In this document: piece after piece, positions 61,933-64,000 of the stretch | Numbering within the stretch: position 1 is the stretch's first letter | Layout: each line of letters opens with the position of its first letter | Origin: Mobula hypostoma | Lineage: Eukaryota | Assembly (NCBI RefSeq): GCF_963921235.1 | Contig: NC_086108.1 | Span: forward strand, 94,366,001-94,430,000 | DNA length: 64,000 bases | Direction: 5' to 3' | Position numbers and translations under genes: made by a program | Notes under the pieces: generated by a model | Seen by the model: the letters and a program-made list of their open reading frames with translations, nothing else | What the model was told of the DNA's origin: nothing | Database searches by the model: none

Positions 61933-64000
61933 TAACCGCCCCCCCCCCCCAGAACCGGCGATACCTCCCCCAATGTCCACAGTCTGGATCGGCCTCTGTT
62001 TGGGAGGTCTGCCCCTGCGCCGCGGTGCCTGAGCCTGGACCGGTTGCGCCAAGTCCACATGGGCCGGTTTGAGTCGGTCCACCGTGAATACCTCCTCTCT
62101 CCCCCCAATGTCCAGCACGAACGTGGACCCGTTGTTCCTGATCACCTTAAACGGTCCCTCGTAGGGCCGCTGTAGCGGTGCCCGGTGCCCGCCCCGTCGT
62201 ACAAAAAGAAACTTACAGTTCTGCAGGTCTTTGGGTACGCAGGTCGGGCTCTGTCCGTGCTGTGAAGTGGGTATGGGGGCCAGGTTACCGAGCCTCTCCT
62301 GTAGTCTGTCCAGGACTGCTGTGGGTTCTTCCTCTTGCCCCCTTGGGGCTGGTATGAACTCTCCTGGGACGACCAGGGGCGCGCCGTACACCAACTCGGC
62401 CGACGAGGTGTGTAGATCCTCCTTGGGCGCCATGCAGATTCCGAGCAGGACCCAGGGAAGTTCGTCCACCCAGTTAGGCCCCTCCAGGCGGGCCATGAGA
62501 GCCGATTTCAGGTGACGGTGGAAGCGCTCCACTAGTCCGTTCGACTGTGGGTGGTAGGCAGTTGTGTGGTGTAGCTGTGTTCCTAAAAGGCTGGCCATAG
62601 CCGACTACAGGCTGGAGGTGAACTGGGCGCCCCTGTCGGAGGTAATGTGGGCCGGTACCCCAAAGCGTGCTACCCAGGTTGCGATCAGTGCTCGGGCGCA
62701 GGATTCGGAGGTGGTGTCGCTGAGCGGGACTGCCTCTGGCCATCTGGTGAACCGGTCTATCATAGTTAGGAGGTACCGCGCTCCTCGTGACACTGGCAGG
62801 GGCCCCACGATATCCACATGGATGTGGTCGAACCTCCGGCGGGTGGGTTCGAACCGTTGCGGCGGAGCCTTGGTGTGCCGCTGCACCTTGGCCGTTTGGC
62901 ACTGCATGCACGTTTTGGCCCATTCACTGACCTGCTTACGAAGTCCATGCCACACGAACCTGTTGGAGACCAGCCGGACGGTTGTCCTGATGGAGGGGTG
63001 CACTAAGTTGTGAATGGACTCGAAAACCCACCGGCGCCAGGCTGCTGGGACGACGGGGCGGGGTTGGCCGGTAGCTACGTCACATAGTAGGGTCCTCTCA
63101 CCTGGGCCTACGGGGAGGTCTTGAAGCTGTAAACCGGAGACTGCAGTCCTGTAACTGGGGATCTCAGTGTCTGCCTGCTGTGCCTCTGCCAGCGCTGCAT
63201 AGTCCACCCCCTGGGAGAGGGCCTGTATGGTAGGTCTGGAAAGTGCGTCCGCCACGACGTTGTTCTTTCCAGAGACATGCCGGATGTCCGTCGTGTACTC
63301 GGAGATGTAGGACAGATGTCGCTGCTGGCGGGACGACCAGGGGTCGGACACCTTAGTGAACGCAAAGGTAAGCGGTTTGTGGATGTGAACGCGGTGAAGG
63401 GCCTACCTTCTAAGAAGTACCTGAAATGCCGGATTGCTAGGTATAGTGCCAATAGCTCCCGGTCGAAAGCACTGTATTTGAGTTTGGGTGGTTGTAGGTG
63501 TTTGCTGAAGAACGCCAGGGGTTGCCAGCGACCCTCGATGAGTTGTTCCAGCACTCCACCGACCGCTGTGTTGGATGCGTCCACCGTGAGGGCAGTAGGA
63601 ATGCCCGTTCTGGGGTGCACTAGCATCGCGGCGTTTGCCAAGACTTCTTTGGTTTTAACGAAAGCGGTTGCGGCCTCTTCGTCCCAGGTAATGTCCTTGC
63701 CCTTACCCGACATCAGGGTGAACAGGGGGCGCATGGTTCGGGCTGCTGAGGGGAGGAAACGGTGGTAAAAATTCACCATACCCACGAATTCCTGCAAGCC
63801 TTTGATTGTGTTGGGTCGGGGGAAGTGGCAGACCACGTCTACCTTGGCGGGCAGAGGGGTTGCCCCGTCCTTAGTAATCCTGTGGCCCAGGAAGTCGATG
63901 GTGTCGAGTCCGAACTGGCACTTGGCTGGATTGATTGTAAGGCCGAATTCGCTCAGGCGGGAGTAGAGCTGGAGGAGGTGGGACAGATGCTCCTGCCGAC
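61648..64000 (-). mobile_element. pol: Gypsy/Ty3 LTR retrotransposon (RT end, RNase H, integrase), continuing beyond the window
   Basis: INPAKC..IDFLGH (RT); TVDASN, YSAFDRELLA, NVVADALSR (RNase H); H..H..CMQC, HVDIVGP, SDRGAQF, NGLVERFH and PYEGPF (integrase). RT-RH-IN domain order. Confidence 0.96.

Noticed and set aside
62231..63768. Long plus-strand ORFs antisense to Gypsy pol
   Set aside because: Shadow ORFs expected in GC-rich coding sequence, with no motifs.
1..64000. CRISPR arrays, prokaryotic operons, tRNA/rRNA genes
   Set aside because: No regularly spaced repeats or structural RNA genes seen. tRNA-like boxes occur only as degenerate SINE heads.

Overview
Vertebrate genomic DNA, most likely from a cartilaginous fish (ray/shark). 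This is inferred from the repeat repertoire: HE1-like V-SINEs, abundant CR1, Rex1/Babar, Penelope and L1/Tx1 elements. I could not support any host protein-coding exon, and the window looks intronic or intergenic. Every recognisable ORF belongs to a transposon: a Tx1-like 3' end, several CR1 and Rex1/Babar pieces, a near-full RTE with a near-full CR1 nested inside it, a TSD-flanked L1, Penelope (GIY-YIG/RT) copies, Tigger/pogo, Tc1 and hAT DNA transposons, a solo LTR and a young Gypsy element running off the right edge. The most interesting signals are: (i) minimal hammerhead-ribozyme motifs in Penelope termini, including short TSD-flanked inverted-repeat insertions made only of those termini; (ii) a MITE family with 6-bp TSDs, a duplicated end and a spliced BED-finger exon; (iii) multi-level nested insertions; (iv) repair scars (a templated insertion and a micro-inversion). 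Coordinates without a stated TSD or TIR are approximate. Family names come from motif recognition, not database searches.
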